A model generated the notes under the pieces. It was not told the origin of the DNA. It made no database searches and saw only the letters and a program-made list of their open reading frames with translations. DNA of 64,000 nt. Source: Alistipes sp. Lineage in GTDB: Bacteria > Bacteroidota > Bacteroidia > Bacteroidales > Rikenellaceae. This document shows positions 20,171-28,964 of the stretch, one piece after another. Positions within the stretch are counted from its first letter, which is position 1. Every line of letters starts with the position of its first letter. The stretch lies in NCBI GenBank assembly GCA_045654345.1, contig JAZOND010000027.1:19889-83888 (forward strand), given 5' to 3'. The position numbers and the translations under genes are program-made.

Positions 20171-20238
20171 AGCCAATAGCGCGCACAGCAGATAAAAGTA
20201 ACGAGCGTTACTTTTATCTGCTGTGCGCGCTGCTGGCT
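20171..20238. repeat. Long perfect palindrome (26-bp arms, 2-nt loop); may also act as terminator
   Basis: 20178-20203 is the exact reverse complement of 20206-20231; imperfect extension to 20171/20238. Confidence 0.9.
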
Positions 20239-20253
20239 AAAATCATAGAATGA

Positions 20254-20285
20254 TTTGGAATTTACCGCAATAATTATTATCTTTG
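20254..20285 (+). promoter_or_regulatory. Promoter for the FKBP lipoprotein pair
   Basis: TTTG (20254-57), 20 nt spacer, TATCTTTG (20278-85). Confidence 0.7.
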
Positions 20286-20299
20286 CGCGTTATATGGCT

Positions 20300-20905
20300 A
20301 TGAAACGAGGTTTATATTGCGTGGTTATAATGGTGGCTGCTATATTGTGCGGCTGCTCGAAGGATGAGGATATGCTCACGAAGCAGAAGGATAGCATCGT
20401 GAAGTATCTTACATCTACACGCCGTATGGTTGACGAGCAGGAGGTTAGCAGTGTATTGGAGGAGAATCCTGCCTTCTACACCAACTTTAACAACTCGGCA
20501 TACCGACACATTGTCAACTACTACGAGGCTGACCGTCACGAGTGGGTCGAGGTGGAGCCAAACAGCATTATCGACATACAGTTTAACGCCTACTCTTTTA
20601 CGGGTTCGGAGCCGCAGATAAAGGATATGTATTGGTCTAACATTCAGGCATCTATATCGGCTGTGGAGGCGAGCAACAACCACACTTACGACAAGTTGAT
20701 ATGGAAGGCAGAGCCGCTGACCGTAAGGCTTGGTCGTGGAGAGGTGCTTGAGGGACTTGAGGCGGCGTTGGTAGGCTGCAGAGATCAGGACTCGGTGCAG
20801 GTATACATCACCTCGAATGCCGCATATGGCAAGCAGGCGATAGGTTCTGTGGCCAAGAACAGCTCTGTGGCGTGGTATATTAAGATTTTAAGTGTTTCAA
20901 AATAG
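20300..20905 (+). CDS. FKBP-type peptidyl-prolyl isomerase-like lipoprotein
   Basis: Lipobox LCGC; C-terminal LGRGEVLEGLEAALVG...YITSNAAYG...VAWYIKIL. Start is ATG 20294 or 20300. Confidence 0.75.
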   Translation: MKRGLYCVVIMVAAILCGCSKDEDMLTKQKDSIVKYLTSTRRMVDEQEVSSVLEENPAFYTNFNNSAYRHIVNYYEADRHEWVEVEPNSIIDIQFNAYSFTGSEPQIKDMYWSNIQASISAVEASNNHTYDKLIWKAEPLTVRLGRGEVLEGLEAALVGCRDQDSVQVYITSNAAYGKQAIGSVAKNSSVAWYIKILSVSK

Positions 20906-20918
20906 TACTCTATAGATT

Positions 20919-22484
20919 ATGAAGAATATGAAGATTATAATCACTCTATTACTCTCGCTCTTTGTGTTGAGCTCTTGTGTTAAGGAGCCTGACTACAACC
21001 GCACAGAGCTTGAGGCGCGCTCGCTCAAGGCGTGGATTAAGAAGAATCGTCCCGAGTTGGTAGGCAACTATCAGCAGGAGGGTGGCTACTATGTAGATGT
21101 GCTCAAGTGGGGCGAGGACGACACTCCTGCCAACGGCAATGACTTTGGTACTCAGCCTATTATGGAGCAGGATACCTGCTGGGTGTTCTACAACTTTACA
21201 GGCTACGATATGGACGGCAATGTATTCTCTACCCGTGACGAGATTATTGCCCGTATGCAGGCTACATATACCGACTACACACACTACATTGCTTATGGTA
21301 ATTACTGTGGTAAGGAGGAGTTCTATGCTATTGTCGAGGGTAGCTACTTGGCTTCGCGCAATAAGCTTACGCTGAGTGAGGAGTATATCTCTCGTGCCGA
21401 CAAGCAGTCTATCTGCAAGGGCACAGAGCTTGTTCTGCGCAAGGGTTCAAAGGTGCGCCTCTACCTGCCATCTACTATTGCATATAGCAGCAATGGTTCG
21501 TCGGCTGATGGTGGCTACGAGGGTCAGTATTCATTAGATGCAAGTGTACCTATGATTCTCGATGTAGAGGTTATGCGCGTGGTTAAGAGCCCATCAGACA
21601 ACGAGTTAGACCTTGTTGACGAGTTGGTTAAGCTATGTAACGCCCAGAATGAGCAGACCGTATGGCACCAGATTGAACAGACCGACGAGGAGGACACTGA
21701 CGATGGTGACAATACTGACGACAGCTCTGATACTGAGGATACCGAGAATACTGATGACAAGAAGGAGTATCTCGATGGCATCTATTACAGCACCGACTTT
21801 ACCCCAGCTAACAATCTTACACACTTAAGCTATGGTCGCATTGACCAGGCAGGTATTAACAATCCATACAAGGACTCTGACCGCTATGCCGATATGGCAG
21901 CCTTTGACAAGAAGTTGTGGGATATTCTCAACGAGAAGTTTGCAGACAAGATTAAGCAGACCACTGAACTTGAGGCTGTTGGTCAGGAGGGCGATGCACT
22001 GATTTGGTATGTAGGTCGATTCCTTGACGGCTATATTTTCGACTCAAATATCGACGAGGTGCGCGAGCTTGCCTTTGGTAAGGAGGAGGATTCAACTGTA
22101 GGTGAGTCTATCTCATACTCTGTATCGACAAGCAAGGATGAGTATATCAGCGCGTGGGCACACGGCATTCCTAAGCTACACTATGGTCGCTGGGGTGCTA
22201 TTGTTACCACTTCGGGTTACGCATACGGCTCTGCTGGCGTGGCTGCATCAACAAGCACAACATCAAGTAGCTCAGCAGCCTATAACGCTTTGGCAAACCT
22301 CTATAACTACTATAGTATGATGGGCTCGTCGTATTACAACTCGTATAGCTACTACAACTACTACAACTACTACGGCGGTTATACCAACTACTATGACTAT
22401 AGTGACACAACCACCACTATCGAGACCGAGATTTCACCATATGCTCCACTGCTCTTCTACATCTTCATCGAGCCTAAGGAGTAA
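20919..22484 (+). CDS. Two-domain FKBP-like lipoprotein with acidic linker and Tyr/Ser-rich insert
   Basis: Lipobox LSSC; YNFTGYDMDGNVF and YVGRFLDGYIFDSN FKBP motifs; YAYG...ISPYAPLLFYIFI. Confidence 0.72.
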   Translation: MKNMKIIITLLLSLFVLSSCVKEPDYNRTELEARSLKAWIKKNRPELVGNYQQEGGYYVDVLKWGEDDTPANGNDFGTQPIMEQDTCWVFYNFTGYDMDGNVFSTRDEIIARMQATYTDYTHYIAYGNYCGKEEFYAIVEGSYLASRNKLTLSEEYISRADKQSICKGTELVLRKGSKVRLYLPSTIAYSSNGSSADGGYEGQYSLDASVPMILDVEVMRVVKSPSDNELDLVDELVKLCNAQNEQTVWHQIEQTDEEDTDDGDNTDDSSDTEDTENTDDKKEYLDGIYYSTDFTPANNLTHLSYGRIDQAGINNPYKDSDRYADMAAFDKKLWDILNEKFADKIKQTTELEAVGQEGDALIWYVGRFLDGYIFDSNIDEVRELAFGKEEDSTVGESISYSVSTSKDEYISAWAHGIPKLHYGRWGAIVTTSGYAYGSAGVAASTSTTSSSSAAYNALANLYNYYSMMGSSYYNSYSYYNYYNYYGGYTNYYDYSDTTTTIETEISPYAPLLFYIFIEPKE

Positions 22485-22506
22485 GGGACAACCACGGTTA
22501 AAGAAT

Positions 22507-22542
22507 AAAGAAAAAGCTCAGCGAAAGCTGGGCTTTTTCTTT
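22507..22542 (+). terminator. Intrinsic terminator
   Basis: AAAGAAAAAGCTCAGC-GAAA-GCTGGGCTTTTTCTTT. Confidence 0.85.
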
Positions 22543-22619
22543 GCACTGAAGCCGAGGATAAACAACTCTTGGACTTTCTATATTTTTTCACTACTTTTGC
22601 TTAAGCTAAACCGTATATT

Positions 22620-25094
22620 ATGAAAAAACCTATTTTACTACTTATTTTGGCTGTGCTATCACTTCCGTTATCGGCGCAGTACAAGGTCACCGAGCAGCAC
22701 AAGCAGCGTGCCGCCGAGGTTGTTAAGCAGATGACCCTTGAGGAGAAGATTGACTACATCGCAGGCTATGAGCGATGGTATATCCGCGCCATAGACCGTC
22801 TTGGTCTGCCTGCTGTGCGTATGGCTGACGGCCCGCAGGGTGTGCGCAACAACACCAAGAGTACCCTCTACCCTTCAGGTATTGCTGCAGCGGCAACTTG
22901 GGACACAGAGCTGATAAATCAGATGGGACTCTCGCTGGGTAAGGATGCCCGTGCGCGTGGTGTGCATATTCTGCTCGGCCCTGGTGCCAACATATACCGT
23001 TCACCACTCTGTGGTCGCAACTTCGAGTACTTTGGCGAGGATCCTTTCCTTGCTGGTGAGGTTGCAAGCGCATATATTAAAGGTGTGCAGAGTATGGGCG
23101 TAATGGCCTGCATCAAGCACTTTGCAGGTAACAATCAGGAGTGGGCTCGCCATAGCGTATCGACAGATGTTGACGAGCGTACCCTCAACGAGATATACTT
23201 CCCAGCCTTCGAGAAGGCGGTCAAAGAGGCCAATGTAGCCTCTATTATGACCTCTTACAACCTGCTCAATGGCCAGCACGCCTCTGAGAGCCGATATCTC
23301 AATCAGCAGGTGCTGCGTGGTCAGTGGGACTTTGATGGCTTTGTGATGTCGGATTGGACATCTTGCTACTCGCCTGTGAATGTTATCCGCTGGGGTGTTG
23401 ACCTTGAGATGCCTCTTGCCGAGTGTCTTAAGCCTGAGCTTATCAAGCAGCTTATAGAGCAGGGCGTTCTTGACGAGCGTTCACTCGATGTTAAGTGTCA
23501 GAATATCATCCAGAACATCTTCGCCTTCGAGTTCGACAAGCGCGAGCAGTTAGACAGCACCCTGCCACAGAACAACCCTGAGTGCGACGCTGTGGCACAT
23601 AAGCTCTCGCAGTCAGCAGTGGTTATGCTCAAGAATGAGGGCAACTTCCTGCCGTTCAAGAAGGGTAAGGTTGTTGTCTGCGGCCCTAATGCCGACAAGA
23701 TTGTCACAGGTGGCGGTAGCGGCTTTGTAACTCCGCTATTCTCATACTCTGTGGCTGAGGGAATGTCAAATATCGACAAGCGCATTAAGACTACAGTCAT
23801 CTCTAAGAACACCCTCACCCACCTCGAGGACAGCTTTGCTGATGAGGCGATGACCACTGCAGGCGTCTATGCCGAGTACTACGACAACGATCAGCTGCAG
23901 GGAGCACCTAAGCACACCTTTGTTACCGATAAGGTGGCTATTCGCACCGATGCTATCGAGGCTCACGAGGATCTTGTTATGGAGGGCATATCTACCCGTC
24001 ACACCTTCTACTACAAGCCTAAGAAGGATGAGAACTACGATATGATGGTCAGCAGCAACGACGGCTTCCGCCTCTTTATCAACGACAAAAAGATTGCCGA
24101 CACTTGGGGCAGAGACTCTGGACAGAGTGGTTTTACAAATCTTAGCCTCAAGGCAGACAATGTATATAAGTTCGTTGTCGAGCACCACAATATGTCAGGC
24201 CGCATTGCGCTGGGACTTACTTTCGATGTGCCACCAACAGACGATATGCAGAATGTAGAGCTGTTCCGCAATGCCGACTGCATTGTTGCCTGCCTCGGCT
24301 TTGACAGCTATACCGAGAAGGAGAACTCAGACCGCACCTTCACCCTGCCTCCAGGACAGTTAGCATATCTAAAGTCGATACTCAAGATTAACAATAATGT
24401 GGTGGTTGTGCTCAATGGCGGTGGTGCTATGGAGATGACTCCGTGGATTGACGATGTTAAGGCTGTGCTTATGGCGTGGTACCCTGGTCAGCAGGGAGGT
24501 CTTGCAATCTCGGAGATTATCACAGGTAAAATCTCTCCATCAGGCAAGCTGCCTATCTCTATCGAGGCCCGCCTGGAGGATAACCCGTGCTATCATAACT
24601 ACCACGAGAATGTTGACCGCGTACGCTCACACGCCATCAACCCACACCCACGCGTAGAGTACCGTGAGGGTATCTTTATGGGCTACCGTGGCTACGATAA
24701 GAGTGGTATCAAGCCTCTGTTCCCATTCGGATATGGACTGAGCTATACCACCTTCAACTACTCGAACCTCTCAATCGCCCAGCAGGGTGATAAGTACGCC
24801 GTATGCTTCGATATTACCAACACAGGTAAGGTCGCAGCTGCCGAGGTTGCTCAGGTATATGTTCACGATAACGAGTGCTCACTCATCCGCCCTGCTAAGG
24901 AGCTTAAGGGCTTCAGTAAGGTATACCTCAAGGCTGGAGAGACTCGACGCGTAACCGTAGAGCTCGATGATGAGGCCTTTAGATTCTTCGACCCTATCCA
25001 CCGCAAGTTCGTCGTAGAGCCAGGTGCCTTTACCATCTTCGTGGGCGCATCCTCTGCCGATATCCGCCTGACAGGAGAGCTAAGCGTGAAATAG
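22620..25094 (+). CDS. GH3 beta-glucosidase with PA14 insert and Fn3-like C-terminus
   Basis: MADGPQGVR, GRNFEYFGEDP, IKHFAGN, nucleophile MSDW, WYPGQQGG, FPFGYGLSYT. Confidence 0.92.
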   Translation: MKKPILLLILAVLSLPLSAQYKVTEQHKQRAAEVVKQMTLEEKIDYIAGYERWYIRAIDRLGLPAVRMADGPQGVRNNTKSTLYPSGIAAAATWDTELINQMGLSLGKDARARGVHILLGPGANIYRSPLCGRNFEYFGEDPFLAGEVASAYIKGVQSMGVMACIKHFAGNNQEWARHSVSTDVDERTLNEIYFPAFEKAVKEANVASIMTSYNLLNGQHASESRYLNQQVLRGQWDFDGFVMSDWTSCYSPVNVIRWGVDLEMPLAECLKPELIKQLIEQGVLDERSLDVKCQNIIQNIFAFEFDKREQLDSTLPQNNPECDAVAHKLSQSAVVMLKNEGNFLPFKKGKVVVCGPNADKIVTGGGSGFVTPLFSYSVAEGMSNIDKRIKTTVISKNTLTHLEDSFADEAMTTAGVYAEYYDNDQLQGAPKHTFVTDKVAIRTDAIEAHEDLVMEGISTRHTFYYKPKKDENYDMMVSSNDGFRLFINDKKIADTWGRDSGQSGFTNLSLKADNVYKFVVEHHNMSGRIALGLTFDVPPTDDMQNVELFRNADCIVACLGFDSYTEKENSDRTFTLPPGQLAYLKSILKINNNVVVVLNGGGAMEMTPWIDDVKAVLMAWYPGQQGGLAISEIITGKISPSGKLPISIEARLEDNPCYHNYHENVDRVRSHAINPHPRVEYREGIFMGYRGYDKSGIKPLFPFGYGLSYTTFNYSNLSIAQQGDKYAVCFDITNTGKVAAAEVAQVYVHDNECSLIRPAKELKGFSKVYLKAGETRRVTVELDDEAFRFFDPIHRKFVVEPGAFTIFVGASSADIRLTGELSVK

Positions 25095-25111
25095 CCTACA
25101 GCTATTCAATA

Positions 25112-25158
25112 AAATAGAGCTTACACTTTCAAGCTTGCTTGAGTGTAGGCTCTATTTA
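25112..25158 (+). terminator. Intrinsic terminator of GH3 gene
   Basis: AAATAGAGCTTACACT ... AGTGTAGGCTCTATTT hairpin with T-rich tail. Confidence 0.75.
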
Positions 25159-25292
25159 TTATACTTGGTATAACAAAAGTGGAACTTGGTCGCAAATTCC
25201 ATTTGCTACGATGTGTGCGCAATAATCGGGTTTCCTTGCTAACGCAGAACAACACTAAAGCCAGACTTTTGCACTATTATCCATTCTTCGTA

Positions 25293-25424
25293 CACAATTT
25301 GGCGTCAGAGTCTACACGATGAGTATTATCTGCACTTAAAAACTAACTTTTAAGCGAGGATTTTCAACGCTCGGCATAGAAAACAGCGAAGGGCTGTATG
25401 TGCACCACAATTTGGCGTCAGAGT
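25293..25424 (+). repeat. 19-bp exact direct repeat CACAATTTGGCGTCAGAGT
   Basis: Copies at 25293-25311 and 25406-25424; the second is the left end of the structured element. Confidence 0.85.
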
Positions 25425-25535
25425 GGTGTAGTTGCGGTGCATCGTGAAAAAAAGCAGCGACGGATAGTACAAGAAGTACAGCCGTCGCTGATATTTAAGG
25501 GATGTGACGCAAATGCGCCACTATCACGCCAAATT
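25352..25535 (+). repeat. Structured dispersed repeat, copy 2 (127-nt long-hairpin core 25409-25535)
   Basis: Same stem register and length as 12784-12911 with compensatory substitutions; right arm overlaps the rubrerythrin stop codon. Confidence 0.85.
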
Positions 25536-26085
25536 ATTTAAAGTAGCGGTTGTAGAGCCCCTCAAAACCCTTTCCGTGACGAGCCTCATCCTTAGCCATC
25601 TCGTGAACGGTGTCGTGTACGGCGTCGAGGTTCTGCTCCTTAGCCATACGAGCAAGACGGAACTTATCCTCACAAGCACCACTCTCGGCGTTCATACGCT
25701 TGAACAGGTTGGTCTTAGTATCCCAAACTACCTCACCGAGGAGCTCTGCAAACTTTGCAGCGTGCTCTGCCTCCTCCCAAGCGTAACGCTTGTAAGCCTC
25801 AGCAATCTCAGGATAGCCCTCACGGTCTGCCTGACGGCTCATAGCAAGGTACATACCTACCTCGGTGCACTCACCCATAAAGTGGTTCTTAAGACCCTCA
25901 AGCAACTCCGGGCTTGAACCAAGACCATCACCAAGAACATGCTCGGTAGCAAACTCGAGGTTACCGCTCTGCTCCTCAATCTCTACAAACTTATCAGCAG
26001 GAACCTTACAAAGAGGACAACGCTCAGGAGCCTCATTTCCCTCGTGAATATAACCACAAACTGTGCAACGAAATTTCTTATTCAT
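25534..26085 (-). CDS. rbr: Reverse rubrerythrin (N-terminal rubredoxin + ferritin-like diiron domain)
   Basis: CTVCGY..CPLC, then [36 protein letters not shown]. Confidence 0.9.
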   Translation of the reverse strand: MNKKFRCTVCGYIHEGNEAPERCPLCKVPADKFVEIEEQSGNLEFATEHVLGDGLGSSPELLEGLKNHFMGECTEVGMYLAMSRQADREGYPEIAEAYKRYAWEEAEHAAKFAELLGEVVWDTKTNLFKRMNAESGACEDKFRLARMAKEQNLDAVHDTVHEMAKDEARHGKGFEGLYNRYFK

Positions 26086-26131
26086 AGTGTTAAAGTTTTA
26101 AATGTTTTACTTCTGTTTTATTTTCCTACTG

Positions 26132-26162
26132 CAAAGGTAAAAACATTTTTCGAAATATCAAA
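26132..26162 (-). promoter_or_regulatory. Promoter of rubrerythrin
   Basis: Minus-strand TTTG (26162-59), 19 nt spacer, TACCTTTG (26139-32). Confidence 0.72.
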
Positions 26163-26201
26163 ATTCTTTTTCCTTATACTATAATAAGTTTTACTTATCT
26201 G

Positions 26202-27122
26202 CTACTGGTTTATACACTGGAGCAGTACTTGTTCGATTTGCGGTATGGAGGTTGAATCCTTGACCAGCACTCGTTTATCGGCATCAAGCAGGTAGAGTGC
26301 AGGTATTGCACGCAGGTCATAGAGACGGTTTTTCTCCACTACGCAGCCCTTATCGTAGCCATTAATCCAATTTGCAGGCAGTGGGTGAGCCTTCCAGAGC
26401 GAGATATCCTGATCGGGATAGAGAGCCACCACCTTGAGGTGTTTTTCGGCTATAAGCTGGCATATAAGCTGCGAGGAGACAATCTGCTGCTGAATATCGC
26501 GACACATTGGGCAGCCTGGGTTATTTATATATATAAGTATAAAGTCGGCCTTGACAGAGTATAGGTTCTGCGAGCGACCCGATGCTGTAGTAAATCGGAA
26601 GTCGTTAGCCTTCTGTAGGATTCTGTTCTGCGAGGCCAGAGCAAGGTCGTACTCGGGCACCATCTTCTCATACTCATCGTAGAATGGAGCTGCAATCTGT
26701 GCCTCGAGGACGGGGATATATAGCTCATCGCTACGCAGTGGCGAGTTAGGGTCGTGGAAGAGCTTCTCGGACATAGCAACGAAGTAGTCGAGCATAGCGC
26801 GTGACGAGGATGCCTTATCCATAAGCCTCTTAATTGGCTCGCCATTATATGGACCCACATATGATGCCACATACTCGGCATAGACACGCATCATCTCGGT
26901 GCTATCGGCACGCTGACAGAAGAGGGTATCGGCAAAATCGAAGCGATCCCAATAGTGCTCAGCCATCCACTCTCCGACCTCAGAGTCAACAAGATGCGCT
27001 GGCGGGATAACATAGCTAAAGCGGTAGCTCTTCTTTGGCTGCTTGGTCTCTTTACCCTTCTGCTGCGCACCACCGCAAGCTACAAGGCAGAGTAGGCAAA
27101 ATATAGTTACAATCTGTTTCAT
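26202..27122 (-). CDS. DUF5106-like lipoprotein with C-terminal thioredoxin-like domain
   Basis: Lipobox LVAC; HYWDRFDF, LFHDPNSPLRSDELYIP, NPGCPMC, YDLRAIPALYLLD. Confidence 0.75.
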   Translation of the reverse strand: MKQIVTIFCLLCLVACGGAQQKGKETKQPKKSYRFSYVIPPAHLVDSEVGEWMAEHYWDRFDFADTLFCQRADSTEMMRVYAEYVASYVGPYNGEPIKRLMDKASSSRAMLDYFVAMSEKLFHDPNSPLRSDELYIPVLEAQIAAPFYDEYEKMVPEYDLALASQNRILQKANDFRFTTASGRSQNLYSVKADFILIYINNPGCPMCRDIQQQIVSSQLICQLIAEKHLKVVALYPDQDISLWKAHPLPANWINGYDKGCVVEKNRLYDLRAIPALYLLDADKRVLVKDSTSIPQIEQVLLQCINQ

Positions 27123-27126
27123 ACAT

Positions 27127-27153
27127 ACAAAAAGAGGCTGTTTTCACAGCCCC
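27127..27153 (-). terminator. Intrinsic terminator of TPR gene
   Basis: Minus strand GGGGCTGT-GAAA-ACAGCCTC followed by TTTTTG. Confidence 0.75.
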
Positions 27154-27175
27154 ATAACTCTCTATGTGAGTACTA

Positions 27176-28153
27176 TTACTTAAGGTTCTCAAGAGCAGCC
27201 TTAGCAGCCTCAACGCTACCACCAGCAGTAACCTTCTGGAGGTAAGATACAGCCTTATCCTTAAGAGCAGCGTCGGTGTTACCACCAGCGTTGTACTTAG
27301 CGTTGTAAGCAGCACCGATGATGAAGTATACATCGCTCTGACCATCCTCAGTAGTCTGTGCAAGAGCAGCAGTCTCACCAAGCTCGATAACCTTAGCGTA
27401 GTCCTTCTTGTTGTTGTAAGCCTGGAGACGAATCTTCTCAGCAAGTGCAGATGCAGGATCTGTAGCAAGCATAGACTCAGCCATAGCGATGATACCGTCC
27501 TGATCACCAGCCTGCTGGAGACGAGCAACCTCGTTATTGGTGTACATAGCCATCTTCTCCTTAGCCTCAGCGATAGCCTCAGCATACTTAGTTGCGTTCA
27601 TACCGCAGATGTTAGTACAAACATCCATACCCTTCTGGTACTCACCGAGCTTAAAGTAGCTCTCAGCAAGGTTGAGTGCCATACCTGTATTACGCTTGTT
27701 TGCAGCATAGCCCTTCTCAAATACAGCTACAGCAGCAGCGTAGTCGCCAGCGTTGAACGCCTCACCACCCTGAGCCTGGTAAACCTTAGCCAGAATCTGG
27801 TTAGCCTTAGTCTTTGCAGTGCTATCGCCCCAAAGCTCAGCCTTCTCAGCAGCAGTTGAGAGGTACTTAACAGCCTCGTCCCACTTCTTTGCACCGGCAG
27901 CAGCAGTACCCAGACGCTGGTAGCAAGTAGGGATATACTTCTTTGAAGTAGCTACAAGGCTGAGAACATTGCTATCCTCAGAGTCCACACCGCCCTTAAC
28001 AACAGACTCGAAGTTCTCAAGAGCCTTTGTCCAATTCTTTGCCTGAAGAGCAGCAGCTGCCTCGTTGTACTTAGCAGTAATCTCGCTTGCGCTCTGTGCC
28101 GATACCATTGCAACAGAGAACAATGCAACAGCCATCAAAACAAGTTTTTTCAT
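27176..28153 (-). CDS. Secreted tetratricopeptide-repeat protein
   Basis: Signal peptide MKKLVLMAVALFSVAMVSA; Ala-rich TPR helices; strongly biased codon usage. Confidence 0.75.
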   Translation of the reverse strand: MKKLVLMAVALFSVAMVSAQSASEITAKYNEAAAALQAKNWTKALENFESVVKGGVDSEDSNVLSLVATSKKYIPTCYQRLGTAAAGAKKWDEAVKYLSTAAEKAELWGDSTAKTKANQILAKVYQAQGGEAFNAGDYAAAVAVFEKGYAANKRNTGMALNLAESYFKLGEYQKGMDVCTNICGMNATKYAEAIAEAKEKMAMYTNNEVARLQQAGDQDGIIAMAESMLATDPASALAEKIRLQAYNNKKDYAKVIELGETAALAQTTEDGQSDVYFIIGAAYNAKYNAGGNTDAALKDKAVSYLQKVTAGGSVEAAKAALENLK

Positions 28154-28169
28154 AGTTGAAATCAGTAAT

Positions 28170-28202
28170 TTATTAAGTTTTTATTAAGTTTTTATTAAGT
28201 TT
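28170..28202 (-). repeat. 3 x 11-bp exact tandem repeat (AAACTTAATAA on the coding strand) in a 5' leader
   Basis: TTATTAAGTTT at 28170, 28181 and 28192. Confidence 0.9.
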
Positions 28203-28239
28203 AAATTTTGTTCTTTGCTTAAAAAAGCCCAACAAGCTG

Positions 28240-28271
28240 CAAAGGTAACGCTTTTACCTTAACTTTGCAAA
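28240..28271 (-). promoter_or_regulatory. TPR-gene promoter overlapping the 3' end of the deaminase CDS
   Basis: Minus-strand TTTG (28271-68, inside codons F-A), 20 nt spacer, TACCTTTG (28247-40). Confidence 0.7.
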
Positions 28272-28700
28272 AAAATCGGTCATAAGTTTCTCACATTCAT
28301 CAGATAGCACGCCACTAACCACCTCCGTGCGCGGATGGAGCAGCACTTTACCAAAACGAGCATAGCCTCGCTTAGGATCTGAAGCTCCATAGACAATTCT
28401 GCCAATCTGACTCCACGCAAGGGCTCCTGCGCACATAACACACGGCTCCACAGTCACATAGAGAGTGCAGTCCTGCAGATACTTACCACCCAGAGCCGAG
28501 GCTGCTGCAGTGATTGCCTGCATCTCAGCGTGGGCCGTAACATCGGTTAGCGTCTCAACCAAATTGTATGCGCGGGCAATAACCTTTCCCCCCGCAACAA
28601 CCACCGCACCGACAGGTACCTCGTCACTATCGAACGCCTTTTGCGCCTCATTTATTGCAAAACGCATATATTTTTCGTCTGTTTGGTGCATACTATCCAT
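28254..28700 (-). CDS. tadA: TadA-like nucleoside/tRNA adenosine deaminase
   Basis: EVPVGAV, HAEMQAI, TLYVTVEPCVMC zinc motif. Confidence 0.8.
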   Translation of the reverse strand: MDSMHQTDEKYMRFAINEAQKAFDSDEVPVGAVVVAGGKVIARAYNLVETLTDVTAHAEMQAITAAASALGGKYLQDCTLYVTVEPCVMCAGALAWSQIGRIVYGASDPKRGYARFGKVLLHPRTEVVSGVLSDECEKLMTDFFAKLR

Positions 28701-28731
28701 ATTTTTTATATCTTTGTGGGTTAAAACACCG

Positions 28732-28763
28732 CAAAGTTAACAAGATAATACAAACAATACAAA
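28732..28763 (-). promoter_or_regulatory. Promoter of the deaminase gene
   Basis: Minus-strand TTTG (28763-60), 20 nt spacer, TAACTTTG (28739-32). Confidence 0.7.
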
Positions 28764-28964
28764 TAAAATAAGGGAGGTTCTATAAATTATTCGCGGCGAT
28801 TTTGGAGGGTATTTCGTGGCTATTTCGCAACAATCTTGAGGGAGCAATAACCTATTGTAACCGAGAGAATGTGCAAAATAGACGGAAAAAGAGCCAAAAG
28901 CGGCCGAAATAGAATTTACCCTAAAACGAAAAGAGACAATTTAATAATTTATAGAACATTCCTT

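Noticed and set aside
25293-25424. Direct repeats as a mini CRISPR array
   Set aside because: Only two 19-bp units 94 nt apart, with no cas genes; better explained as part of the structured repeat.
26173-26188. PerR/Fur/OxyR operator upstream of rubrerythrin (CTTAT-N6-ATAAG)
   Set aside because: A short palindrome in AT-rich DNA with a poor match to the consensus sequences; not supportable without footprinting.
28725-28964. T-box riboswitch upstream of aspS
   Set aside because: No T-box consensus or terminator/antiterminator pair is visible, and T-boxes are not typical of Bacteroidota.
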